This document shows, in pieces, positions 26,891-37,113 of a DNA stretch of 64,000 nucleotides. A program made the translations under genes and the position numbers. Below the pieces are notes generated by a model. That model saw only the letters and a list, made by a program, of their open reading frames with translations. It did not search any database and had not been told where the DNA came from. This DNA is from Candidatus Latescibacterota bacterium (GTDB taxonomy: Bacteria > Latescibacterota > UBA2968): positions 1,600,001 to 1,664,000 of the forward strand of contig OZ242195.1 of NCBI GenBank assembly GCA_965205975.1. The letters are read 5' to 3'. How positions within the stretch are numbered: the stretch's first letter is position 1; the number at the start of each line of letters is the position of its first letter.

Positions 26891-27736
26891 TCAATCATCA
26901 GAACCTCCGCGTTCTGGCAACCGCTCTGCTACAAAACCCAATTCTTCTTTAATCCGGCTCACATCATAAACACTATCGTATTCATGCCCCGGCCGTTCAA
27001 AATGCGACAGATCTACCTCATCGCCCCACCAGGCGCGAAAAATCTCCGCCACGGGGACAGCAACCCACGCCTTTGGACCGGCGGCATTCATAATGCGAAC
27101 CCCGGGTTTGTGCGGTGATAGTGCAGACAGCGCGAATACCCGAACGGCGTCTGGCAAATCCATAATGGTCATACTGCCCAAACCCCACTGCCGCGTCGGC
27201 GAAATATTTCGCAAAGGCGGCAATCCAGCGTGTGGCACCGAAGACAGCCGCAAATTAATCACATCGATATCGCCATTTTGCCGCGCATAGAACTTTGTGA
27301 TCTCCTCCATCAAATATTTCGACAAACCATACCCATTGCGATCCAGACATGGGTGTTCGTCGGGAATCGGCAATGTCTGCGGACGAAAAGCCTCATTCTG
27401 CATCCCGACTGCTGCGATCGAACTCGCCATCACAAATTTCCGGCATCCGCGATCCATCAAATAGCGCATCAAACACCGCGTGCCCTCCACATTGACAATC
27501 AGCGCGTCGCGCTCCGAACAACCACCAGTCACAGCCGCGAGGTGAATCACAACATCAATCGCCTCATCATTGAGTTGTTGCAAATCTTCAAAAGATCCAA
27601 ATTCGCCATTCACATAGGGCAAATCCAATTCTGGATCTTTTCGACTCATACAAATCACCCTGTGATCTGCTGCCATCGAGACCGACAGTGCCCGACCGAT
27701 AAAACCACTCGCTCCAGTAATCAGTACTGTGCTCAC
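26891..27736 (-). CDS. NAD-dependent epimerase/dehydratase (extended SDR)
   Basis: LITGASGFIG, HLAA, NVEGT, ASSIA, YGLSK. Confidence 0.9.
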   Translation of the reverse strand: MSTVLITGASGFIGRALSVSMAADHRVICMSRKDPELDLPYVNGEFGSFEDLQQLNDEAIDVVIHLAAVTGGCSERDALIVNVEGTRCLMRYLMDRGCRKFVMASSIAAVGMQNEAFRPQTLPIPDEHPCLDRNGYGLSKYLMEEITKFYARQNGDIDVINLRLSSVPHAGLPPLRNISPTRQWGLGSMTIMDLPDAVRVFALSALSPHKPGVRIMNAAGPKAWVAVPVAEIFRAWWGDEVDLSHFERPGHEYDSVYDVSRIKEELGFVAERLPERGGSDD

Positions 27737-27749
27737 AATCCCTCCTCAT

Positions 27750-28208
27750 TTAATCGCTAAAAATATCACTCGCCCCACTTAAAACATCTGCGGTGACCTC
27801 TCCCTCTTTCATCACCATCTTCACCTGCCGCAAGCATGCGATATCTTCAAACGGATTGCCGTCCAGTGCAATCACATCTGCGAACATCCCAACACCGAGA
27901 TGCCCAACGCAATCCGCCATGCCCAACATCTCAGCCGTATTCGTCGTTACCGCCTTCAACGCATCCAGATCGAAATGCGCGCTCAAAGGCAAATGGAACC
28001 GATTGTTAATCGTAATATGCACATGAGAATCAATCAACGCTGGCATTACAGTATATGACGAGCAATCCACCACCTCGGCGTTTGGAGGTACATCTACTTC
28101 CGTTCCAACACCAATTACGCGGCCTTTATCTACCACGACCATCCCCTGCGGAACAGGTACACAATCGGGATGAACAATCAACAAGTTGGATTTAATCACT
28201 TTTGACAT
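27750..28208 (-). pseudogene. Amidohydrolase family gene with a large in-frame internal deletion
   Basis: The N-terminal motif VMPALIDSHVH is followed within ~20 aa by the C-terminal motifs ALKAVTTNTAEMLG...GMFADVIALDGNP...VKMVMKEG. The ORF is 152 aa versus ~400 typical, so the TIM-barrel core is missing. Confidence 0.8.
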
Positions 28209-28277
28209 GATTATTTTGTTTGTATAATGTAGGTGGAACAACAAAACACCGTCATATTGATCACCGGAGATCTATTC

Positions 28278-29543
28278 ATGCAATTTGGCATCTTTTACGA
28301 ACACCAGATCCCCCGTCCCTGGGCAGAAGGCGAAGAACACCAGCTTTTCAAAGACGCACTCGAGCAAGTCGAAGTCGCAGATCGGATTGACATTGAATAT
28401 GTTTGGGAAGTTGAACATCACTTTTTGGAAGAATATTCCCACTCCTCAGCCCCCGAAGTCTTTCTCGCCGCATGTAGCCAACGCTCGAAAAATATCCGCC
28501 TGGGACACGGCATTGTACTCATGCCCCCCAATTACAACCATCCGGCTCGCGTTGCCGAACGCATCGCAACCCTCGACCTGATCAGCGACGGACGCGTCGA
28601 ATGGGGCACGGGTGAATCGGCCTCGCGCGCAGAACTCGAAGGATTCAACGTACCACCCGGAGAAAAAAAAGCAATGTGGGCGGAAACCGTACGGGAAACC
28701 GCCAAAATGCTCGCATCAGACCCGTATCCCGGATATGACGGCGAATTTTTCTCAATGCCCGAACGCAACGTCTTGCCCAAACCCCTGCAAAAACCCCACC
28801 CACCGCTATGGGTCGCCTGTTCCAACCGCGAAAGCATTCGCTGGGCGGGAAAACACGGCATTGGCGCGCTCACCTTCGCCTTTATCGAACCCGAAGACGC
28901 CAAATACTGGGTTGACGAATACTACACCGCATTTGAAAACGAATGCGAACCCCTCGGACAAGCCGTCAACCCCACCATCGCTATGGTCGCCGGATTTATG
29001 TGTCACGAAAACGGGGAAAAAGCGCGAGCACAGGGCCTCGAAGGATTCCAATTTTTCGGCTATGCACTCTCCCATTACTACCGCCACGGGACTCACATTC
29101 CCGGCGAATTTGACATCTGGGCAGACTTCCAGCAAAACAAACCCGAACGGAAAAAAGGTTCGGGATCGGGCTGCATTGGCTCCCCGGACGAAATACGCGC
29201 TCACCTCGAATCAATGGAAGATATCGGCGTCGATCAGGTCGTCTTCCTGCAGCAAGCTGGCAACAACAGACACGATCATATATGCGAATCTCTCGAATGT
29301 TTCGCACAAAATGTATTGCCAGAATTCAAAGTGCGACACGAAATATACGCCGCACAAAAAGCAGAACGGCTCGGCCCCGCCATCGAAAAAGCACTTACTA
29401 AAATTCCACCAATTGACAAACCCAAATCCACACCCTTCGAAGCCTATCCACTCTCAAAATCACCCGACGAAAAGCAAGAAGACCTCGAAATTGTGGAATC
29501 TGTTGCGGGAAAAAGACAAAAGAAGACAGCGAATCAACGATAG
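28278..29543 (+). CDS. LLM-class (luciferase-like) flavin-dependent oxidoreductase
   Basis: RBS GGAGA, ATG 28278; MQFGIF, WEVEHHF, HPARVAERIATLDLISDGRVEWGTG, PKPLQKPHPPLWVA. Confidence 0.92.
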   Translation: MQFGIFYEHQIPRPWAEGEEHQLFKDALEQVEVADRIDIEYVWEVEHHFLEEYSHSSAPEVFLAACSQRSKNIRLGHGIVLMPPNYNHPARVAERIATLDLISDGRVEWGTGESASRAELEGFNVPPGEKKAMWAETVRETAKMLASDPYPGYDGEFFSMPERNVLPKPLQKPHPPLWVACSNRESIRWAGKHGIGALTFAFIEPEDAKYWVDEYYTAFENECEPLGQAVNPTIAMVAGFMCHENGEKARAQGLEGFQFFGYALSHYYRHGTHIPGEFDIWADFQQNKPERKKGSGSGCIGSPDEIRAHLESMEDIGVDQVVFLQQAGNNRHDHICESLECFAQNVLPEFKVRHEIYAAQKAERLGPAIEKALTKIPPIDKPKSTPFEAYPLSKSPDEKQEDLEIVESVAGKRQKKTANQR

Positions 29544-29574
29544 CAGTTGGGTGGTAGGGCGGGGTTGGTCTATG

Positions 29575-29600
29575 AACTGGTCTGGGAAACGACCAGTTTT
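29575..29600. terminator. Hairpin between convergent genes, probable terminator
   Basis: aactggtc-tgggaaac-gaccagtt, followed by tt. Confidence 0.5.
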
Positions 29601-30816
29601 ATCCCGCTCCGTCTATTCGTCCAATCGCCTCGCGCACCGCTTCTATTGTATCTTCAATATCCGCCTCTGTATGGGCAAGAGAGAGAAACATCGGATGCGA
29701 GGGATGTAAGTAATACCCCTGAGCAAGACATCCCCGCAACATCTCCATGCAGCGGTCGCGGTCAGAATCTTCCATCACGGGACGCGGCATTGGCCCAACG
29801 CCAATGAGCCGATAACTCAGCCCTCCTGCTTTGCACACCGCGTTGATACCTTCAATCAACCGATTCCCAATCTTCCATTGATAGGCAATGCCATTGCGCC
29901 TCTGCAGTTCCCCTATCACGACCTCCATAGCCGTCAAACTGAGCGGATCTCCGTGTGCAGTGGCTGTCATCCACACATACTGGCACGCTTTTGACGCCAG
30001 AATCTCGCGCTTCCCGGCAATAAAACTTCCGGCATACCCATTGCAACACGCTTTGCCAAACGTCGCAATATCGGGTACAACCCCATAATACTCACCCGCG
30101 CCGCCCATTGCCACGCGAAACCCCACCTTTGTCTCATCAAACACGCAGATTGCTCCGTGGGCATGCGCCAGATCCACGCATCCTTGCAAAAACCCATCTG
30201 GTGGTCCCCCCGCTTGAATCGTCTCCATCACCACACACGCCACCTGATTGTCATACTTTTTCAAACGCGATTCCAAAGCGTCTAAATCGCCGTAGGGAAC
30301 CGCACAGGTCAACTCGCTGACGGATTTCGGGACACCCTCATCGTCCGGACGCGCCCAATCGTGCCAGCCGTGATACCCGCACATAATCACTCTATCGCGT
30401 CCTGTATATACCCGCGCCAGTCGCACCGCGCTTGAAGTCGCTGCACTGCCCCCAATAAAAAACCCCACCACCCCAGCCCCCGGGATAACTTCGATGAGCA
30501 ATTCTGCAACCGTCAACTCCCGGGGATGAGCCAGACCGTACACCGTGCCATTCGCCATTTGCTCCTGTACTGCACGGCATACAGCAGGGTCATCATACCC
30601 CAGAACAATCGGCCCAAAACCCATTAAATAATCCAAATACACATTGCCATCCACATCCCAAAACCGCGCCCCCGATGCGCGCTGGACAAATGTGGGATAG
30701 CCCATGTCCGCCTGGCGAAAAATATTCTTATGCGGAATGTATCCGCGCAACAGAACATCGTCATAGCGATTCAGCAGAGCCTTTGACTTTTCAATGGTGT
30801 GATTTTCTTTTGACAT
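29599..30816 (-). CDS. Class III PLP aminotransferase (glutamate-1-semialdehyde aminomutase-like)
   Basis: WDVDGNVYLDY, GYHGWHD, FDETKVGFR, PDIATFGK (PLP lysine); RBS GGAGG. Confidence 0.9.
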   Translation of the reverse strand: MSKENHTIEKSKALLNRYDDVLLRGYIPHKNIFRQADMGYPTFVQRASGARFWDVDGNVYLDYLMGFGPIVLGYDDPAVCRAVQEQMANGTVYGLAHPRELTVAELLIEVIPGAGVVGFFIGGSAATSSAVRLARVYTGRDRVIMCGYHGWHDWARPDDEGVPKSVSELTCAVPYGDLDALESRLKKYDNQVACVVMETIQAGGPPDGFLQGCVDLAHAHGAICVFDETKVGFRVAMGGAGEYYGVVPDIATFGKACCNGYAGSFIAGKREILASKACQYVWMTATAHGDPLSLTAMEVVIGELQRRNGIAYQWKIGNRLIEGINAVCKAGGLSYRLIGVGPMPRPVMEDSDRDRCMEMLRGCLAQGYYLHPSHPMFLSLAHTEADIEDTIEAVREAIGRIDGAG

Positions 30817-30987
30817 TTATTGACCTCCCCCACGCGTAAATTGAACCTCTTTTTCTAACAAATAAACTTATCGCACAGACACAAGCACAAAATAGACTGC
30901 TTCCACGCTCCTATTGTACTTGCCCCCCGTCTTTTCTTACCTTATCCTATTTTGATAGGATCGCCCTCACCCCTCACAGGATAATTT

Positions 30988-32022
30988 ATGCCACGCGAAC
31001 TCATCGCAGACCGACCGGGACACACGGCATTGCGAGAATACGATGAAGCCCCCTTAAAACCCGATCAAGTGCGTGCAAAATCCTTATTTTCAGCGGTAAA
31101 ACACGGTACTGAATTTCGGGGATTTCAGGCCAATACCCTCGATGCGTCCGATGTTTTTAGCTGGGAATGGCGCATGCACCTGCGCGGACAAAAACAGAAA
31201 GATGCGTTTCCAAAACGGCTGGGCAATATGTATGTCGCCGAAGTGACAGACATGGGACAAGACGTGTCCAATATTCGGGTGGGAGATCGGATTTTTGGTC
31301 ATGGTCCCGTTCGAGAGACGCATATACTCTCGGCGGATCGCGTAGAAAAAGCACCGGATAGAGTTCCGTGGCAGGCTCTAATGGCTACAGATCCCGCGGG
31401 CGTTGCCCTCGGTGGCATCAGAGATGCCAATATTCGCATTGGGGATCGCGTCGCTGTCTTTGGTCTGGGGGCGATTGGATTGATGTCCGTACAACTCGCC
31501 CGCATTGCCGGCGCGCGCTGGGTCGCGGCAATTGACCCCATTGAAAAGCGGTGTCTGATATCCGAAGCCTACGGCGCGGACCTCGTCCTGGACCCGCGCG
31601 AAGCCGATGTGGGCATGGTCATTAAGCAAGCCACCGCAAAACTCGGCGTCGATGTATCTATGGAAACCAGCGGATCATCCGCTGCAATGACCGACGCCCT
31701 GCGTTCAACGCGCTATCAGGGCACCGTTGTATCCACAGCCTATTACAACGCCCCCATGCAAAATCTGCATTTAACCGGCGAATGGCATCGCAATCGAATT
31801 CGCATTATATCCGTGAGATCCGACAGCGAACCCTGGCTGGATTACGGCTGGGACAAAAAGCGCGGAAATAAAGAAGCCTACGACTTGCTCGTTGAAGGCC
31901 GTCTAAACGCCGAGGGCTTAATCGATCCCATCGTGCCATTTAATCGCGTTGCCGAAGCCTATATGCAAATGAACGAACATCCCGAAACGGGCATCAAACT
32001 CGGTATTGATCATTCCCTCTAA
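30988..32022 (+). CDS. Medium-chain dehydrogenase/reductase (zinc-binding ADH-like)
   Basis: SAVKHGTE, GDRVAVFGLGAIG, GVDVSMETSG. Confidence 0.85.
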   Translation: MPRELIADRPGHTALREYDEAPLKPDQVRAKSLFSAVKHGTEFRGFQANTLDASDVFSWEWRMHLRGQKQKDAFPKRLGNMYVAEVTDMGQDVSNIRVGDRIFGHGPVRETHILSADRVEKAPDRVPWQALMATDPAGVALGGIRDANIRIGDRVAVFGLGAIGLMSVQLARIAGARWVAAIDPIEKRCLISEAYGADLVLDPREADVGMVIKQATAKLGVDVSMETSGSSAAMTDALRSTRYQGTVVSTAYYNAPMQNLHLTGEWHRNRIRIISVRSDSEPWLDYGWDKKRGNKEAYDLLVEGRLNAEGLIDPIVPFNRVAEAYMQMNEHPETGIKLGIDHSL

Positions 32023-34511
32023 TGGGTGATCTCACCACTTTACACATGCCAAAAATTCAAACCATCGCGATATGTCTATCCATCCTGTTGACCTCTACAG
32101 ACCTGCTGGCGAATGAAGGCACAGTGCAGCAAGTCTCGGGGGATCTCGTTTACGTCACCGGCATGAACGGTTTGGCTCCGCTCTGGTCAAATCTCACAGT
32201 GCAAAACGGACAGGACACCGGCGCAAAACTCGAAGTCATCAAAGAATTGTCAGAACTGGTCATAGCAAGAGTCGTAGAGGCCAACGGAACAGCGGTGAAT
32301 ACCGGCGATGCAGTGGTGCTGAGTACCGCACAACCAGACGTATCGGCGCGAAAAGCCAGGCGGACTGTTTACGCCACCCGCGTTGGCGAAAATCCAAATG
32401 TAGATGGCGTACTGGACGACCCCGTATGGTCGCAGGCAACGCCGATCAGGGGTTTTGTACAGCGCGATCCAAACTACTGGATGCCAAGCCCCGAACAAAC
32501 AATCGTGCGGATTATCTACACGGACAAAAGCATCTACTTTGGCTTTGAATGCCTCGTCCCGGACTCCTCTCAATTTATCGCAAACAACATGCGACGAGAT
32601 TCCGAAATCCGCGGCGATGACAATATTCAAATCCTGCTCGACACGTACAATGATCGGCAAAATGGCTTCTTTTTCTCTGTCAATCCCCTGGGGGCGCAAA
32701 GCGATTTGATGCTCTCCAACGAGGGGCGAACCTATAACCGCGATTGGGATTGCAATTGGACCGCACGCACCAAACACTATCCCGACCGATGGACAGTCGA
32801 AATCGAAATCCCGTTCAGCCAACTGCGGTTTAAGCAAGCAGCCGACGTCACCTGGGGCATCAACCTCGCGCGTTATCTTGCCCGAAAAAATGTGGCGACC
32901 CAACTCGTCGTTGGCCTGCAAAGTTCCTCATCCACAGAGCGGTATCGCATGGCGGACATCGGAGAACTGCACGGTCTCCAACACATTCGCGCCAGACGTC
33001 CGATTTATCTCAAACCCTACGCCTTGCCGGGCACGACCATTGACGATCAGGCAACCAATCCCACTGAAAGCCGCACCATTGAAACGGGCCTCGATCTGCG
33101 CTATGGCATCACGTCAAACATCTCGCTCGACCTATCCTACAACACGGACTTCGCACAGGTAGAAGGCGACCAGGAACAAACCAACCTGACGCAGTTCCGC
33201 CTCTTCTTTCCCGAAAAACGCGAGTTCTTCCTCGAAGGCGCCAACCTCTTCCAATTTGGAGAACTGGCGCGAGTAACCGGCAGTGGTACCAGACCCCCCA
33301 CCCTCCTTTTTTATACCAGACGCATCGGTCTTGAACAAGGAAAAAAAATTCCGATTATCGTCGGATCAAAAATTGCCGGAAAAGAAGGGCGAACCAGTAT
33401 TGGCGGCCTCAATGTACTGACCGACGCGGCATTGTTTGAAGACGAGGATGACACAATCCAGGTACACCGCACCAACTACTCGGTCCTCAGCATAAGACGC
33501 GACATCTTCGCGCGGTCAAACTTTGGTCTCATCATGGTCAACAAACAAATCGATGATCCTCACGCGGGATGGAACCAGTACAACCGCGCGGGCGGTATTG
33601 ATTTCAACTATTCCCCAACGTCAACCTTGAATTTCCAGGCTTTTGCAGCGCGAACATGGGATTCACAGGTTGAAAATGCAGACGATGCGCGATTTGTATC
33701 TATGAACTATCGCGGCACCAAGTACTGGGCGCGTTTCAAAGTGCTCGATGTCGAGGAACAATTCGACCCCGCCGTGGGATTCATCAATAGCAGGAGTGGA
33801 TTGGAAGGTTTCAGACGCTATGACCTCTATGCGCGCTATCGCCCCAGACCGAAATTCGGCAATATTCGCTACATGTCGATCGGTCCCGAAGCGCAAATCT
33901 TTACAGACCGCAATAACAATGTGAAATACTGGACAGTCGAACTCTCGACATTTGCCATCTTTAATACCGGTGACTATTGGCGGTTCGAATTAAAGCGTAC
34001 TTACGATGTGGTCGATGAGGCATTCGAGCCATCCACACGCCGCGAAGATGTGAGCATTCCCGCCGGGACCTATACCTTCACGTCAATTGCCACGGGACCG
34101 CGTCCCAGCCGGGCCAGAAAATTGCGCCCCGGCATCGTCTTCGAGGCAGGGACATACTACACTGGAAGACGCTATACCATACGCTCGGAAAGCGCTTTTC
34201 GCCCCTCTGGCCAACTGTCTTATGAAGTGGAATATCAGGGCGACTGGGTCCGACTTCCCCAGGGTAATTTTAACATCCACACACTCAGCAATCGCCTGCA
34301 ATACTCCTTTTCCACAGACTTTTTTGTCAAACTCTTCGTACAGTGGAACAACGACAAAGAGTTCGCAAGCGCGAATTTTCTCCTCAACTACCGGTATCGC
34401 CCCGGCAGCGACATTTTTCTCGTCTTCGACAGCGCTTATGGCACCGATCCGACCTTAACCCGACGAAACCGCTCGGTGCTCCTCAAACTCTCCTATCTCC
34501 TGGGTCTGTGA
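32022..34511 (+). CDS. Outer-membrane protein with CBM9-like domain and DUF5916 barrel
   Basis: Signal peptide; VDGVLDDPVW, LLDTYND, WTVEIEIPFSQLRF, NTDFAQVEGD, LFFPEKREFFLEG, FYTRRIG; C-terminal LLKLSYL. The start overlaps the upstream stop (TAATG). Confidence 0.85.
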   Translation: MGDLTTLHMPKIQTIAICLSILLTSTDLLANEGTVQQVSGDLVYVTGMNGLAPLWSNLTVQNGQDTGAKLEVIKELSELVIARVVEANGTAVNTGDAVVLSTAQPDVSARKARRTVYATRVGENPNVDGVLDDPVWSQATPIRGFVQRDPNYWMPSPEQTIVRIIYTDKSIYFGFECLVPDSSQFIANNMRRDSEIRGDDNIQILLDTYNDRQNGFFFSVNPLGAQSDLMLSNEGRTYNRDWDCNWTARTKHYPDRWTVEIEIPFSQLRFKQAADVTWGINLARYLARKNVATQLVVGLQSSSSTERYRMADIGELHGLQHIRARRPIYLKPYALPGTTIDDQATNPTESRTIETGLDLRYGITSNISLDLSYNTDFAQVEGDQEQTNLTQFRLFFPEKREFFLEGANLFQFGELARVTGSGTRPPTLLFYTRRIGLEQGKKIPIIVGSKIAGKEGRTSIGGLNVLTDAALFEDEDDTIQVHRTNYSVLSIRRDIFARSNFGLIMVNKQIDDPHAGWNQYNRAGGIDFNYSPTSTLNFQAFAARTWDSQVENADDARFVSMNYRGTKYWARFKVLDVEEQFDPAVGFINSRSGLEGFRRYDLYARYRPRPKFGNIRYMSIGPEAQIFTDRNNNVKYWTVELSTFAIFNTGDYWRFELKRTYDVVDEAFEPSTRREDVSIPAGTYTFTSIATGPRPSRARKLRPGIVFEAGTYYTGRRYTIRSESAFRPSGQLSYEVEYQGDWVRLPQGNFNIHTLSNRLQYSFSTDFFVKLFVQWNNDKEFASANFLLNYRYRPGSDIFLVFDSAYGTDPTLTRRNRSVLLKLSYLLGL

Positions 34512-34512
34512 A

Positions 34513-35700
34513 TTACATCTCGCATTTCACATTCTCGACCGCCAGCGCGACGGCCTCGCCTCCGCCAATGCAGAGTGCGGCAATACCAATGCGCTTGTCG
34601 GCGCATTTTAAGGCGTGAATAAGAGTTACGAGAATGCGCGTGCCGCTCGCTCCAATGGGATGTCCCAGCGCGACAGCACCGCCATTGACATTGAGTTTTT
34701 CCGCCGGGATGCCCAGATCATGAGCAGCCGCCATTGGAACCCCGGAAAAGGCCTCGTTGATTTCAAACAGATCGATATCCGAAACCTTAAGGGAGAGTTT
34801 GGACAAAAGTTTGGAGATGGCGCCAATAGGCGCGAGCGTGAACCATTCCGGCTCCTGTGCGTGTGTGGCATAACCCAAAATCTCAACTTCGGGTGCAATA
34901 CCGCAATCTTCTGCTTTTTCACCTGAAAGGACAATAACAGACGCCGCGCCATCGTTGATACTCGACGCATTTCCGGGCGTCACAGTGCCATCTTTTGAAA
35001 ATGCAGGGCGCAGTTGGCGGAGTTTGTCCTCGTCAAATCTCAGGGGTTCTTCATCCCTGTCCATCGTTGTAATTGTCTTGCCAGAGGATACTTTTACGGG
35101 TACAATCTCGCTGCGGAATCGGCCTTCACTATCGGCGCGAAGTGCTCTTTTATAACTGTTGATGGCAAAATCATCCTGATCTTCGCGCGAAAAATCGTAG
35201 CGCTCAGCACATCGGTCGCCACAGGTTCCCATGTGCAGGTCATTGTACACATCCCATAAGCCATCGCGGATCATTGAGTCAACGAGTTCGCCTGTCCCCA
35301 GTCTGTAACCCGTTCGCGCATTTTCGAGAAGATAGGGTGCGCGGCTCATGTTTTCTGCACCTCCAGCGAGAACCAAATCGGCATCGCCGCACTGGATGGC
35401 CTGAGCGGCAAGCATAACGGATTTGAGGCCCGAACCGCAAACTTTGTTGACCGTTGTCGCTCCCACCGACGTATCGAGACCCGCGCCAATGGCAACTTGA
35501 CGCGCGACATTTTGACCCAGCCCCGCACTGAGCACATTGCCAAAAATCACTTCATCGACATCATCGCCGATTATGCCCGCCTGTGCTATCGAAGCAGCCG
35601 CAACAGCACTGCCCAATTCAGGCGCAGATACTTCGGCAAAGCCCCCCATAAATCCACCAATCGCTGTGCGCTTGCTCCCGGTGATATAAATGTGTTTCAT
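34513..35700 (-). CDS. Acetyl-CoA C-acetyltransferase (thiolase)
   Basis: TVNKVCGSG, GNASSINDGA, EINEAF, GGAVALGHPIGASG, LCIGGG; RBS GGAGG 7 nt before ATG 35700. Confidence 0.95.
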   Translation of the reverse strand: MKHIYITGSKRTAIGGFMGGFAEVSAPELGSAVAAASIAQAGIIGDDVDEVIFGNVLSAGLGQNVARQVAIGAGLDTSVGATTVNKVCGSGLKSVMLAAQAIQCGDADLVLAGGAENMSRAPYLLENARTGYRLGTGELVDSMIRDGLWDVYNDLHMGTCGDRCAERYDFSREDQDDFAINSYKRALRADSEGRFRSEIVPVKVSSGKTITTMDRDEEPLRFDEDKLRQLRPAFSKDGTVTPGNASSINDGAASVIVLSGEKAEDCGIAPEVEILGYATHAQEPEWFTLAPIGAISKLLSKLSLKVSDIDLFEINEAFSGVPMAAAHDLGIPAEKLNVNGGAVALGHPIGASGTRILVTLIHALKCADKRIGIAALCIGGGEAVALAVENVKCEM

Positions 35701-35775
35701 AGTCATTCCTCCATTTTGTAAGACTATCAAGATATATCCAAACCGGGAAATGATGCAAGAAATAAGAGGTAATAG

Positions 35776-36126
35776 GTGAAATATTTAATCGCCATTGCCC
35801 TGTGTAGCATTCTGTGTGTATTGATCCTCATGATGGCCTGTTCTGCCCCCCCCAATGGCAAAACCGTATTTATCGAATCGGGTTGTGCAAGATGCCATGA
35901 AATCAACGGCTCTGGCGGATCTCAGGCACCGCGACTACAGGGCTTACAGAGCCAGTGGACACCCGAATCACTGGAAAAATTTCTGACTGATCCCCCTGCT
36001 TATGCAAAAAACAATCCCCGATTACAGGCATATCAAAAAAAATATCCAACACCAATGCCCAGACTTGAAATCGCACCTGCACGGCGAAAAATACTCGTCC
36101 AATATCTACTTAAAAGGTATCCATGA
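35776..36126 (+). CDS. Mono-heme cytochrome c, probably membrane-anchored or lipoprotein
   Basis: CARCH heme motif, APRL, distal PMP methionine, hydrophobic N-terminus ending MACS. Confidence 0.85.
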   Translation: MKYLIAIALCSILCVLILMMACSAPPNGKTVFIESGCARCHEINGSGGSQAPRLQGLQSQWTPESLEKFLTDPPAYAKNNPRLQAYQKKYPTPMPRLEIAPARRKILVQYLLKRYP

Positions 36127-36443
36127 AAAATCAGATCGACAAAAAATACGAGCGGATATACAGAGAAGTTGCCAAAATCCCCGAAGGCACTGTGGCAACT
36201 TATGGGCAAATTGCCGACCAGGTTGGGTGCGGCCCGCGCGAAGTGGGCAGAGCACTATCGGAATTGCCGCCGCATACATCCTGTCCCTGGCACCGAGTTA
36301 TCAATGCGCGGGGAATGGTGTCCATTCGCAGCGGAAATCACCTAGCACATCACGACCAGGAAGCCCGCCTCGAACGAGAAGGCATTGTATTTGTCAATGG
36401 CCGCGTCGATCTCGAAATTTACAGGTGGGAAGCAGATCTTTAA
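36123..36443 (+). CDS. Alkyltransferase-like (ATL) MGMT-family DNA-binding protein
   Basis: IPEGTVATYGQIA...PREVGRAL...PWHRVINARG; Trp replaces the catalytic Cys, as in ATL proteins. Confidence 0.9.
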   Translation: MKNQIDKKYERIYREVAKIPEGTVATYGQIADQVGCGPREVGRALSELPPHTSCPWHRVINARGMVSIRSGNHLAHHDQEARLEREGIVFVNGRVDLEIYRWEADL

Positions 36444-36487
36444 GGCCTGAATGCAATATCACTGGCATGAGCATGCAAATTTGTGTA

Positions 36488-36516
36488 TTGACAAGGATAA
36501 TCGGTTTTTTTATCAT
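36488..36516 (+). promoter_or_regulatory. Sigma70-type promoter upstream of HU/IHF gene
   Basis: TTGACA (36488-36493), 17-nt spacer, TATCAT (36511-36516). Confidence 0.75.
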
Positions 36517-36567
36517 TCACGCGCTTAGGGGAGAAGTACGTCTGTAAATACTGAGAAAGGGGATGCA

Positions 36568-36864
36568 GTGACCAAAGCTGATATTGTCAATCAGATTGCC
36601 GACGCTACGGGGTTGACCAAAACAGATACCTCTGTCGTTGTAGAGGGCTTTCTCACTTCGATCATTGCGGCAATGGAGCAGGGTGAACACATCGAAATTC
36701 GTGGCTTTGGCACGTTTAAAGTCGTTCATCGCGCACCGCGCACAGGTCGCAATCCCAAAACAGGTGAAGTGGTCAAAATTCCCTCGCGCGCAATGCCCGT
36801 GTTCAAACCCTCACGTGAATTGCGTAATTCTATTTCTGAGGTTTCTGTTCTTCCATCCAGTTAA
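36568..36864 (+). CDS. HU/IHF family DNA-binding protein
   Basis: MTKADIV...IEIRGFGTF...RTGRNPKTGE...PVFKPSREL. Confidence 0.95.
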   Translation: MTKADIVNQIADATGLTKTDTSVVVEGFLTSIIAAMEQGEHIEIRGFGTFKVVHRAPRTGRNPKTGEVVKIPSRAMPVFKPSRELRNSISEVSVLPSS

Positions 36865-36885
36865 TGCACCCACAGGAGGTAGCTC

Positions 36886-36978
36886 TTGCCCAGCGGAAAA
36901 AAGCGCAAACGCGCAAAAATCGCAACGCACAAGCGAAAAAAAAGGCGCCGAAGAGACCGACATAAAAAGAAGATCTAA
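36886..36978 (+). CDS. 30-aa basic protein, small ribosomal protein bS22/mS38 (AURKAIP1/COX24-domain) family
   Basis: Below the ORF-track cutoff. RBS AGGAGG, TTG start; translation MPSGKKRKRAKIATHKRKKRRRRDRHKKKI matches the family pattern. Confidence 0.85.
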   Translation: MPSGKKRKRAKIATHKRKKRRRRDRHKKKI

Positions 36979-36983
36979 AGACG

Positions 36984-37113
36984 AGATACTACACTGGTGT
37001 TATGGGTTTAGCCCCTGATCCTGGATATACCGACGTTTTCAGCCCAAAACGGCTGTGGTATAGACCATGAGGGCAGGGGCCTATCCGCAGTCTGCCCATC
37101 AGAGAGATCATCT
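36984..37113 (+). ncRNA. Candidate structured ncRNA, possibly 6S-like (strand assumed)
   Basis: Nested pairings form one long irregular rod: ATGGG 37002/CCCAT 37095, GCCCCTG 37011/CAGGGGC 37074, TGG/CCA, TATACC 37026/GGTATA 37057, CGTTTT 37034/AAAACG 37046. Confidence 0.45.

Noticed and set aside
28612..29709. 365-aa alternate-frame ORF over the LLM gene
   Set aside because: Off-frame by-product with no motifs.
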